A DNA stretch of 37,149 bases, taken from positions 1 to 37,149 of the IMG/VR virus record IMGVR_UViG_3300002093_000007, one strand, 5' to 3'. Source of the DNA: a virus. Below the pieces are notes generated by a model that was given only the letters and a program-made list of their open reading frames with translations, did no database searches and was not told where the DNA came from. Every line of letters begins with the position of its first letter. Position 1 is the stretch's first letter. Positions 20,173-28,239 of this stretch are shown here, piece by piece. Both the position numbers and the translations under genes were made by a program.

Positions 20173-21636
20173 TTAGCGCGATGAGTTCAAACCTGCGTTA
20201 CCTTTATTGCGAATCAACATTGCATTTTGTCGTTCAACGAGAATAACTCGCTCGGGATTTTCATCAAGTGCTTCCTTTTTTAATTCAAAAAACATGCGCA
20301 TGAGCAACACATCACCAATATCCGGCGATCGACTGATTTCTTGCTTTACCTCGTCCTTACTGCGGAGTTGTTTCTTTCCCTCTCCATCAACTTCTCTGTC
20401 GCGGAGTATCGCAGTCAATTCTTCGATGATTGCGTCACGATACTCGGGCACACGAATAGCAAGATTATGTTCATTGATAAGCTCGGCAAGTTTCCAACCG
20501 CACTGCGCTTTCAGATTCTTGAAGTTCGTCTTTGGAACAAAGTCATGCATTGCCTTACGTTGCTTCCCGCGTATCTCGTTTGCCGTTGGAAGTGGTGTAC
20601 TATTTGCCATGAATCCGCGCACACCAAAAAGGTGGTCAACGATACCACCACCAATTCCATCCTCATCGATGAGGATGTGCGAGTAAGGTATTTGATTTGC
20701 GCTCGCAACATCTTTAATGCGCTGTTCGACAACATTCGTTGCCTGCTTTGAAAGTTGTTCGACTCCGCGCAATTCGAGTCCATCCCACACTGATATAACC
20801 GTCGTATCTTGCCCGAGGCGAGCAATATCAGCAACAATGTACTTATTGCCGTCTTTCACGATTGTGTTGCTGAACGTGTCACATAGCGCGTCAAACGATA
20901 TGAGGGAGTCCATGTCCTCATCATAATCCCAATTACCCTCAAAAAGACGTTGACGTCGAATGGTGTCGCGCTCATTGCGGAGTGCTTCGATATAATCAGT
21001 TGGAAGATATTTGTTGTCAGTTGAGAATGCTTGGATATATCGGCGCGACGGAGCGAGTACACCCATTTTTGCGGGGTCAACAAAATCTCTCTTCATCCAT
21101 CCCTTCTTGGGATTTGCAGTGATGAGCAGTTTACGTTTCAACTTATATTTATCATTATTTTTGCGACCGATAGAGAGTGCGAGATTCGCTTTGGCCGCTT
21201 CCTCGACTTCTCCCCCCTCCTCTATCCATCCGCGTGTCATCTGCATAGAACCAAAGCGCTCGAACAATGGGTCACTTGGTTGCTCGCTACATGCGATGAG
21301 ATATACCTTTGATCCGTTCTTTAGGTTGAAGCAGTTGTCTTGACCATTGAATGAGGTATAGTCATCAATATTTATTTTCCAATTCTTGAACACCTCGTGA
21401 ATAGATGGGATAGTGAACTTGCGCAAATCGTTTAATTCCTTGCGAGCGATGAAGTACGATGTGTCGGGATATATAAGCGCGTCGCCGAAAATGAGGGATA
21501 CGCCGAGATAACTCTTCCCGCCTCCCTTAGCCCCTCCATATAATATCTCCTCGACAGAGTCATCAAGCCATGCCTCGGCAGCTTGGATTTGTTTTTCGTT
21601 CTTTGTGCGAAACTCAAGGGTTATGCCTTTAGTCAT
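20173..21636 (-). CDS. terL: Terminase large subunit
   Basis: 487 aa. Walker A YGGAKGGGKS near the N-terminus. Follows the small terminase with an 8-nt overlap. Confidence 0.85.
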   Translation of the reverse strand: MTKGITLEFRTKNEKQIQAAEAWLDDSVEEILYGGAKGGGKSYLGVSLIFGDALIYPDTSYFIARKELNDLRKFTIPSIHEVFKNWKINIDDYTSFNGQDNCFNLKNGSKVYLIACSEQPSDPLFERFGSMQMTRGWIEEGGEVEEAAKANLALSIGRKNNDKYKLKRKLLITANPKKGWMKRDFVDPAKMGVLAPSRRYIQAFSTDNKYLPTDYIEALRNERDTIRRQRLFEGNWDYDEDMDSLISFDALCDTFSNTIVKDGNKYIVADIARLGQDTTVISVWDGLELRGVEQLSKQATNVVEQRIKDVASANQIPYSHILIDEDGIGGGIVDHLFGVRGFMANSTPLPTANEIRGKQRKAMHDFVPKTNFKNLKAQCGWKLAELINEHNLAIRVPEYRDAIIEELTAILRDREVDGEGKKQLRSKDEVKQEISRSPDIGDVLLMRMFFELKKEALDENPERVILVERQNAMLIRNKGNAGLNSSR

Positions 21637-22090
21637 CTTTTGATATTTTCATGCCGGAGATTGGCGCCATGATTGCTTTGTCATCACTTGTTATGTCTGA
21701 TTTTTCGCGCATTCCATGATTTGCGGACAACACAAGTTTGGCAATCATCGGATTATACTCACCAGATAAGCCACCTTTTACCAATCGCTCTTGCTGAATT
21801 TTTTTAATCTTGTCTAATGCTTTGGAAAAGTCTGGATATATTTTTGCCCATTCCCACATGGTTGTCTCGTCAACATTGATGCGCAGAGAGAAGCCAACAA
21901 GAGATGGAAGATTAACTTTTATTAAGCGATCATACGAATCAGACTTATCTCCACGAGTTTTATGGAATTCAGTATATTCATCTTCACAATCCGCAAGATA
22001 TTCATCAACCATTGCAACAAATTCAGGCTTATATTTTGTCGGTCTTCCCATTTTCAGATAATCCTTAGGGTCTTTCCTTGGTGTCGCCAT
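21629..22090 (-). CDS. terS: Terminase small subunit
   Basis: GRPTKYKPEF...LPSLVGFSLRINVDETTMWEWAKIYPDFSKAL... resembles the HTH-type small terminase. The ORF opens at 22129; the likely start is ATG 22090 or 22051. Confidence 0.65.
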   Translation of the reverse strand: MATPRKDPKDYLKMGRPTKYKPEFVAMVDEYLADCEDEYTEFHKTRGDKSDSYDRLIKVNLPSLVGFSLRINVDETTMWEWAKIYPDFSKALDKIKKIQQERLVKGGLSGEYNPMIAKLVLSANHGMREKSDITSDDKAIMAPISGMKISKDD

Positions 22091-22499
22091 ATTCTTTTGA
22101 TTTACGTCTGATAATAGTTTCAGTTGCACTATAGGTGTTCATTTTACCATATATACCGTCACTAAGCGAAAGCGCAAAATCGGAAAGCATCTTATCTGCA
22201 ACCTTACGCTTATACGCCTTGAGTCCATACGCATACTGCGCCGCGAACGCAATTATTTCTTGCTCGAATCGAAAATCTTTATTGTGCAGATACTTGTGCC
22301 ACCACTTGTCGACACCCATACGTTCCTGCTCTGCCAAATGCATCTCTTCATGTATCATCAAGTCAGCATAAATAGTCTTTCCTGATGGATTATAAATATC
22401 TGGAAAATAAGAAAACACAATATCACTTCTATCAATAGGTAAAATTGAGCGAACAAGTTCAATATTTGGTGGATACTCACCGTCGCGTATCATTGCCAT
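22065..22499 (-). CDS. HExxH motif protein (putative zinc metallopeptidase-like)
   Basis: 144 aa with LMIHEEMHLAEQ. Confidence 0.4.
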   Translation of the reverse strand: MAMIRDGEYPPNIELVRSILPIDRSDIVFSYFPDIYNPSGKTIYADLMIHEEMHLAEQERMGVDKWWHKYLHNKDFRFEQEIIAFAAQYAYGLKAYKRKVADKMLSDFALSLSDGIYGKMNTYSATETIIRRKSKEYGDTKERP

Positions 22500-22522
22500 A
22501 TTCCTACAGTATACAACAATTC

Positions 22523-23320
22523 TTACTTATTCTCAATGGTCACGCGATCTGAATCATTCGTCCACATCGAAACCTTCTGTCCCATACCTTCTGACGCGTT
22601 ACCAGCAATCCTCACCTTTACAACATACTTTCCCGCAGGGAATGGTACGGCAGATATAAACTTAAATACACCTTTCTCATAAGAAGGTGCTCCCGCTAAC
22701 GGCTTTGAATCAGGCTCATCAGGGTATACACCAAAAGCAAGAAAAGAGATGCGCTCACCCGCAAAAGTATAGTTTGCGGTAAAATATCCCCACTCAGTGT
22801 CTTTTGTGAAGTGATACAGTGGATTGTCTCCCATATAAAGTCGTGGATGCACTACTGCTGGCGCAGGTGATTGAACGACAACGGGTTGAGTAACAACAGG
22901 TGCGGGTGCAGGAGTATTGTATGTGATGTACTGAATGATCGTTGTCGTCGTTGCAACTGGTGCAGGTTCTGCCATTACGGGCGCAGGTGTGATAACAGGT
23001 ACGACCGCTCCAACTGTTGCCACCTCCTCCTCAGTCGATGACGCGGTCTCCGCAACGAGCATATCATTTGCGACCGCACGCGACATTGGGCCGAAGTACC
23101 CTGTTACCGGAAGCGCGTGAGCAGACTGAAAGCACTTTACAGCACGGAGTGTGAGCGAGTAGAAGTTTCCGGTTGCTTCGCTTACCAAGCATCCCTGATC
23201 TACTAAGAACTCTTGTAATTCAATAACCGAGGAACCCTTACTACCATATTTTAAGTTCGTATCGAATGATGCGAATGCTATCCCTGGTAGGAGGAGAGCA
23301 AGTAGGATTATGTTTTTCAT
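22523..23320 (-). CDS. Secreted protein: signal peptide, peptidoglycan-binding (PG_binding_1-like) domain, Pro/Ala/Val linker, C-terminal beta-rich domain
   Basis: MKNIILLALLLPGIAFASF, then GSKGSSVIELQEFLVDQGCL...ALPVTGYFGPMSRAVAN. The ORF track opens at a GTG at 23479, but a signal peptide must be N-terminal, so ATG 23320 is preferred. Confidence 0.55.
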   Translation of the reverse strand: MKNIILLALLLPGIAFASFDTNLKYGSKGSSVIELQEFLVDQGCLVSEATGNFYSLTLRAVKCFQSAHALPVTGYFGPMSRAVANDMLVAETASSTEEEVATVGAVVPVITPAPVMAEPAPVATTTTIIQYITYNTPAPAPVVTQPVVVQSPAPAVVHPRLYMGDNPLYHFTKDTEWGYFTANYTFAGERISFLAFGVYPDEPDSKPLAGAPSYEKGVFKFISAVPFPAGKYVVKVRIAGNASEGMGQKVSMWTNDSDRVTIENK

Positions 23321-23506
23321 ATCTATAACGATACGCCAAGTTATCAACATGTCAACAGTAGCTTGTGTATAACTATTGGGTGTATAATATATCCGGCGAG
23401 GGTTTCCGTCAGTGCTCTTCACCGAACATCTTTTCATACTATATCGGGAACGAACTGTCACAACGATCCACCTGGTCACAAAAACCGTCTACACCTCCTC
23501 CATCAT

Positions 23507-23528
23507 ACCGCCATTGGGCGGTTTTTTG
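23507..23528 (+). terminator. Intrinsic-terminator-like hairpin
   Basis: ACCGCC-ATTG-GGCGGT followed by TTTTTTG. Confidence 0.45.
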
Positions 23529-23897
23529 TTGGGAATGCCTACACCCCTATATTTCTAGCCATATAATCAGCTCCGTCGTGCTCCGTCATTTAGTAAGACG
23601 GAGCTGAAACCTATACACAGAGCCTTCAAAAAGTGCCCCGTCATTTTGCTCAATCTTTAGATGCTCAGATTTGCCGTTAATGTTTGAGAGCTTATGCGCA
23701 TACACCTTAGGTGTAGCGCAAGCGACAAACTGGTTTGTATTTTTTAGGAGGAGTGCTCTGCTCCGTCTGCTTTTCTATTCTTATAGGGAAAGCACTTTTT
23801 GACGGGGCAGATTTAATTCATATTTATAGCCATATAATCAATATTTTGAGTTTTTTGTGATTATGCCATCGACGGGGCACTTTTGTCAAATTTCTTA

Positions 23898-23967
23898 TTG
23901 ACACATAGTCATAGCTTGTTCTGTAATCTTATCCACACTTTGAAAGCAATTACTACGAGCGTATACT
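23898..23967 (+). promoter_or_regulatory. Tandem sigma70-like promoters flanking a DnaA-box 9-mer
   Basis: TTGACA-18nt-TGTAAT (23898..23927), TTATCCACA (23929..23937), TTGAAA-16nt-TATACT (23940..23967). Confidence 0.45.
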
Positions 23968-24009
23968 TATCTCATGCACAAGATTCTTATTAACCAATTT
24001 GTTTATAGC

Positions 24010-24068
24010 AAGCACTCACCATATAGTTCATGTGATAATGATCTTGTGCAAATGGTGAGTGCTTTTTG
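24010..24068 (+). terminator. Leader hairpin with T-run upstream of the primase-helicase gene
   Basis: 13-bp stem AAGCACTCACCAT / ATGGTGAGTGCTT (24010..24022 / 24052..24064), 29-nt loop, then T5. Confidence 0.45.
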
Positions 24069-24094
24069 TAAGCAAATTATAGTTCTTTCTTGCT

Positions 24095-26104
24095 ATGAGT
24101 GAGATGAAGAAAACAATCAGCGCACTGATCCTTTCTGGTATTCATGTTATGCCAGTACATAAGGATAAGAAACCAGTCCTAAGTAAATGGACTGACGAAG
24201 ACTTCGATGTTTCGGAATCCGAGATGTTTGCCTATGTCGATAAAGGCCACCAATTAGGGATAATCACGGGGAAGCGGTCAAACATCACTGTTATTGATGT
24301 TGATTTCACGCTCCCCGGAGTGTTTGGCACCAACCCTGACACGTTCCCCGACACATACACCGTCCGCACCCCAAGTGGAGCAGTACAGAAGTATTATCAG
24401 TACTGTGCGGAGATAAATCAGTCCCAAAAAGGATTCCCTGACTTCCCTGCTGTTGATATTCGTAATGACGGCGGCCAAGTAGTTGCACCACCATCACATG
24501 CAGTATATAAAAAAACCTACAAAGACGGCACAAGCGTTGAGGTTATAAACGACTATCAAGTACTGTCAGGGAGCATTCTTGATCTAGCACCATTTCCTCG
24601 CGACCTCTTTAAGAAGTACCTGACAAAAAAAGAAGCACCTGATAAATCACCGAGCGTGCATGAGTTCAAAGTCTCTCGCCCCGGAGATGACTTCGAGCAA
24701 TCTGTTTCATGGGAACAGATACTCACACCATTTGGATGGATAAAAGGTCATACTGACCGAACAGGAAGTACCCACTGGGCACGCCCACAAAAAGATAAAG
24801 AGTCCACAAGTGCGACGACACGAATGTCGGAGGATGGACGGGACAGATTGTTCATCTTCTCTACGAATGCTGAGCCATTCGCACCATACGACAAGAATAG
24901 TCGCAATTCGTACACCAAGATAACCGCATACGCACTCTTGAAGCATGATGGCGATTTTAACGCAGCAATCGCAGAGTTACGCACACAAGGATATGGCATA
25001 ACTGAGGAAAAAGAATCGACCGAAATACCCGTACTAAAGACTTTTGACTACCTTTTGTCAACCGAGTTCCCTGAGAACCGTTTTGCACTTGAACCATTCT
25101 TTGAACAAGGAAGTCTGAATATGGTATCCGCACCTCCAAATACATGGAAATCATGGATGTTCTTTGTTATGGCGGCAAATATCGCACAAGGAAAACACTT
25201 CTTAGGGACATTTAAGACCGAGCAATCTGGAGTAATGATCGTCAATGAAGAAGACACAGAACGACTCATACTTGATCGATTTAAGGCACTCAATATCACC
25301 GATCGAACACTTCCAATGTTCTTTCGTACCGCACAAGGAAGTAAGCTGGACCAAGCCTTCTGCAAAGTCATTCTTGATGAATGTAAGCAAAACAATATTG
25401 GTGTCGTGATGTTTGACTCTCTCCGTGCACTTACTGACGCAGATGAGAACAGCTCTACCGCAATGCAACCAGTCCTCGACAGCATGAAAATGCTGACGCG
25501 TGAGGGAATTACCGTCGTGTTCACCCACCACCATAAAAAGAAGAATCAATTTGACAGAGGAGATGGGGCAGAGTCCTCTCGCGGATCATCAGGAATAAAC
25601 GCGGCAATAAGTGGGCACCTATCATTTGAAGAAATTGAGCGTGAGGGAGAGAGATTTCTTATCATGCGGCACCTCAAATCGAAAGTGACCCAGAAGCTCG
25701 CACCATTCGAGGTGAAAATCACCACAGAGAACGGCAAGGTATCCTTTGAGCACGGTGGAGAATACGAAGACACAGTGACCGCAAACGCAAAGGCGCGTAC
25801 GGCAGTCTACGAGTATATAGAGAAAAATGCTGATCGCTGGGTGGGAACAAAAGAAATTATCGACAAGGGTCTAGCGGGAGATAAATATGCTCGAATGGCA
25901 TTAGGTTCCATGGTTATTGGTGGTCTATTGAAATGTGGCACAAAAGCGGACCTGCTCGCAAACGATCCGACACTTGAATTGAAAGGTGCAAAGAACTCGA
26001 AGTTCTATCAAATAACATCTGTACCACTAAATGAGGTAGACGAAGAAGATGCGGAAGCCATTGCAGCGTTCGAACTTATCAGTAAGAAGGATACCCCATT
26101 CTAA
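24095..26104 (+). CDS. Bifunctional Prim-Pol primase/polymerase domain fused to a RepA/RecA-like (AAA_25-type) helicase domain
   Basis: N-terminus: ITVIDVDF, DIRNDGGQVVAPPSH, WEQILTPFGW...HWARPQKD...SAT. C-terminus: P-loop-like SAPPNTWKS, Walker B VMIVNEED. Alternative start at 24104. Confidence 0.75.
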   Translation: MSEMKKTISALILSGIHVMPVHKDKKPVLSKWTDEDFDVSESEMFAYVDKGHQLGIITGKRSNITVIDVDFTLPGVFGTNPDTFPDTYTVRTPSGAVQKYYQYCAEINQSQKGFPDFPAVDIRNDGGQVVAPPSHAVYKKTYKDGTSVEVINDYQVLSGSILDLAPFPRDLFKKYLTKKEAPDKSPSVHEFKVSRPGDDFEQSVSWEQILTPFGWIKGHTDRTGSTHWARPQKDKESTSATTRMSEDGRDRLFIFSTNAEPFAPYDKNSRNSYTKITAYALLKHDGDFNAAIAELRTQGYGITEEKESTEIPVLKTFDYLLSTEFPENRFALEPFFEQGSLNMVSAPPNTWKSWMFFVMAANIAQGKHFLGTFKTEQSGVMIVNEEDTERLILDRFKALNITDRTLPMFFRTAQGSKLDQAFCKVILDECKQNNIGVVMFDSLRALTDADENSSTAMQPVLDSMKMLTREGITVVFTHHHKKKNQFDRGDGAESSRGSSGINAAISGHLSFEEIEREGERFLIMRHLKSKVTQKLAPFEVKITTENGKVSFEHGGEYEDTVTANAKARTAVYEYIEKNADRWVGTKEIIDKGLAGDKYARMALGSMVIGGLLKCGTKADLLANDPTLELKGAKNSKFYQITSVPLNEVDEEDAEAIAAFELISKKDTPF

Positions 26105-26117
26105 ATTATCTGAAACA

Positions 26118-26285
26118 ATGACCGCGCCCATAACCTACACATGCCACCTGTGCCCCGCATATATTACTCACACCAAAATCTATTATGAACACAAAAAAGC
26201 CTACTGCGAGAAGCACATCGAAGCCGAGTACAGAAAATCCGACAAAGGCGTTCTACGACCGATTCAACGCGCCGTGCGACAATAA
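26118..26285 (+). CDS. Possible small Cys/His protein, overlapping the next gene by 101 nt
   Basis: MTAPITYTCHLCPAYITHTKIYYEHKKAYCEKH... Uncertain because of the long out-of-frame overlap. Confidence 0.25.
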   Translation: MTAPITYTCHLCPAYITHTKIYYEHKKAYCEKHIEAEYRKSDKGVLRPIQRAVRQ

Positions 26286-26877
26286 GTTCGTTCGCTGGAA
26301 CAGCATCCCACTCTCATGGAGCCAACTGACCGATTTCGAAAGGAACGCATCCGACTGGTATAAACGCTACGTCATCGGAGGCCACAAAAAACGCTTCTCC
26401 AAAGAGATGCACTTCGGGTCCTACGTCGGCGACCGCATTGCGAGCGACCCGACCTTCTTACCGGAGATCCCGCGCCTTAAACATTTTGAGTACACCCTTG
26501 AGACCACCTTCGCAAAGGTCCCTCTTATTGTTCATATCGATAACTACGAAGAGGGCATACTCGCGGAGTTTAAGACAGGGAAGCAGCCTTGGAGTCATTC
26601 GCGTGCATCAAAACACCGCCAGCTCGATCTCTACGTTGCGATGCTTTACCTCGTCGAAAAAATACCTCCCGAGAAGCTCAAAATTGACCTGTATTGGGCG
26701 GAAACTGCCGATGACTATATAACCGATGAATACGGCACAGATGACGTTATAAAGCTCACAGGGCGCATTGAGAAGTATACTGTAAAGAAGACCACCAAGG
26801 ATGTGCTGCGTATCCTTGCCTATGTGGTGCGTATACGGAAACAAATGATTGCGTATATTGAGGAGTCTGATGTATAA
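26185..26877 (+). CDS. PD-(D/E)XK (RecB/Cas4-like) nuclease
   Basis: N-terminal LSWSQLTDFERNASDWYKRYVIG, then HIDNY...LAEFKTGK (D...ExK) and QLDLYVAML (QxxxY). Confidence 0.65.
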   Translation: MNTKKPTARSTSKPSTENPTKAFYDRFNAPCDNKFVRWNSIPLSWSQLTDFERNASDWYKRYVIGGHKKRFSKEMHFGSYVGDRIASDPTFLPEIPRLKHFEYTLETTFAKVPLIVHIDNYEEGILAEFKTGKQPWSHSRASKHRQLDLYVAMLYLVEKIPPEKLKIDLYWAETADDYITDEYGTDDVIKLTGRIEKYTVKKTTKDVLRILAYVVRIRKQMIAYIEESDV

Positions 26878-27018
26878 TTTGCTTACCACCTACATGGTAC
26901 CCAAAGAGTGGATTGTGATTGAATGTTGTAGGACGTTCTTTCGCTGTCCACTCTTTGTGTTTATGGCCGATTGAACACAATATTATTAGCACTTACAAAA
27001 AATAACTTAAACAAATAT

Positions 27019-27711
27019 ATGGCATTAACGCCCAAACAAGAGAAAAGTTCCTATCTCAATGTGCTCAGCTCAGACGGTTCATTACGCATGGTTGTTGATC
27101 AAGACACACCCGGTGCCGAGCGTCGCGACTGGGTATCAGGTGACGGGAAGACGAGCGGAGTCAAGTATGAATTGGTCTACCAAGATGTGTCTGGTATTAT
27201 CACTAGCGTGGAAATGTATGAAGGTGACTACGGGAAGAACCTCATCATTGGTCTTACTGATGGAGATGAACCCGAAGTCAAAGTATCCATGTCGATGAAC
27301 AGCCCATTCGGGGAAGAGATGGCAAAAAAACTCCCATCTATCGACATGACAAAAACCGTGAAGATTGCTCCCTACGCGTTCGAAGATGAGAAGGGCAAGA
27401 CCCGCAAGGGGGTGAGCGTCGTCCAAGATGAGAAGAAATTGCAAAACTTCTTCTACGACTTCAACGCAAAGGAAAACATTAACGGATATCCAAGTCCAGC
27501 GCTCAAGAAAGACAAGAAGACCGGAGAGGACAAACCATTCTCGAAAGATGAGTGGAAGATATACTTCGGTATCGCGCGTCAGTTCTTGGTTGACTACATC
27601 GAAGAGCATCACTTGAAGAAGTCAAATAACATTCTTGACGAGGAAGCAAAGAATCGCGCGAAGCTCGACGAGTTCTTTCCTGAGGACAAGGATATCGATG
27701 TGAAGTTTTAG
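27019..27711 (+). CDS. Putative ssDNA-binding protein (gp2.5-like)
   Basis: 230 aa in the replication module. Acidic C-terminal tail ending ...FFPEDKDIDVKF with a terminal Phe, as in phage and bacterial SSBs. No OB-fold motif verified. Confidence 0.35.
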   Translation: MALTPKQEKSSYLNVLSSDGSLRMVVDQDTPGAERRDWVSGDGKTSGVKYELVYQDVSGIITSVEMYEGDYGKNLIIGLTDGDEPEVKVSMSMNSPFGEEMAKKLPSIDMTKTVKIAPYAFEDEKGKTRKGVSVVQDEKKLQNFFYDFNAKENINGYPSPALKKDKKTGEDKPFSKDEWKIYFGIARQFLVDYIEEHHLKKSNNILDEEAKNRAKLDEFFPEDKDIDVKF

Positions 27712-27717
27712 GTTTTC

Positions 27718-27765
27718 GCCCCAGACTATTCGGAGCTAAACAGGGTTCGATTCCCTGACTGGGGC
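27718..27765 (+). ncRNA. tRNA-like acceptor-stem/T-arm minihelix (not a full tRNA)
   Basis: GCCCCAG (27718..27724) pairs with CTGGGGC (27759..27765). T-arm is CAGGG-TTCGATT-CCCTG (27741..27757) and contains the canonical GGTTCGATTCC. Only 16 nt lie where the D and anticodon arms should be. Confidence 0.5.
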
Positions 27766-28155
27766 TTGTATATGAAGTTCATCTTACCACTTTCGATAAC
27801 ACTTCCACGGAAGACCAAGAAGGACAAGGTGTGTTATTTGAATCTCAATAATTACCGCAACTGGGATTTCTTTCTGTCGAATGATCTCAAGAAACGATAT
27901 CGTGAAGCACTCGCAGACCAACTGACTGGAGTAAAGGTTTCGACACCTTGCCGCTTGAAGTTCACGCTCTACCGCAAGGATAGGCGTATGGGAGACCGCG
28001 CAAACTACCTCTGTGTCCAAGAGAAGTTTTTCTGCGACGCAATGACGCATTACGGGTGTTGGCCGGATGATACCGACAAATATATCATTTCCTCCGAATA
28101 CCATACGGGGGCTATAAGCAAAGATAATCCGCGCGTTGAGGTGGAGCTATATTAG
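27766..28155 (+). CDS. rusA: RusA-like Holliday junction resolvase
   Basis: 129 aa. ...RRMGDRANYLCVQEKFFCDAMTHYGCWPDDTDKYI matches the RusA D..N...K...D......DD pattern. Confidence 0.6.
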   Translation: MYMKFILPLSITLPRKTKKDKVCYLNLNNYRNWDFFLSNDLKKRYREALADQLTGVKVSTPCRLKFTLYRKDRRMGDRANYLCVQEKFFCDAMTHYGCWPDDTDKYIISSEYHTGAISKDNPRVEVELY

Positions 28156-28210
28156 TTATCCACACCTTTCTTTTTTAGGGTATTGCTTCCGCTTCGGTGT
28201 GCAGTATAAT
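28154..28210 (+). promoter_or_regulatory. Promoter with upstream AGTTATCCACACC element
   Basis: TTATCCACA at 28156..28164, then TTGCTT-16nt-TATAAT (28183..28210). The CGCTTCGGT...TATAATG context is shared with 34771..34818. Confidence 0.5.
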
Positions 28211-28239
28211 GATGACATTAAACAAGTAACAACAAATCT

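Larger units (their letters stand above)
23321..24094. promoter_or_regulatory. Divergent control region / putative replication origin
   Basis: 770 bp non-coding. Contains seven GACGGRGC motifs, a duplicated 21-nt TATAAT-containing repeat, an AT-rich tract, a DnaA box, tandem sigma70-like promoters and nested inverted repeats. Confidence 0.6.

Noticed and set aside
23321-23479. 53-codon N-terminal extension (GTG start) of the PG-binding protein given in the ORF track
   Set aside because: A canonical signal peptide (MKNIILLALLLPGIAFA) begins at the ATG at 23320 and would not work if buried internally. The extension also overlaps the control region.
23747-23855. AGGAGG followed by a GTG-initiated 34-codon ORF in the control region
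   Set aside because: Only 1 nt separates the SD-like sequence from the GTG. The sequence is better explained as part of the repeat and hairpin array.
24278-25773. Multiple minus-strand ORFs of 65-158 aa inside the primase-helicase gene
   Set aside because: They are antisense to a motif-supported 669-aa gene, and I recognised no motifs in them.
27692-27766. A full-length tRNA gene ending at the T-arm/acceptor sequence
   Set aside because: The only sequence complementary to the 3-prime acceptor strand lies 16 nt before the T-arm. No D-arm or anticodon stem-loop can be drawn, and U33 and purine-37 are not satisfied in any register. It is therefore reported as a minihelix.
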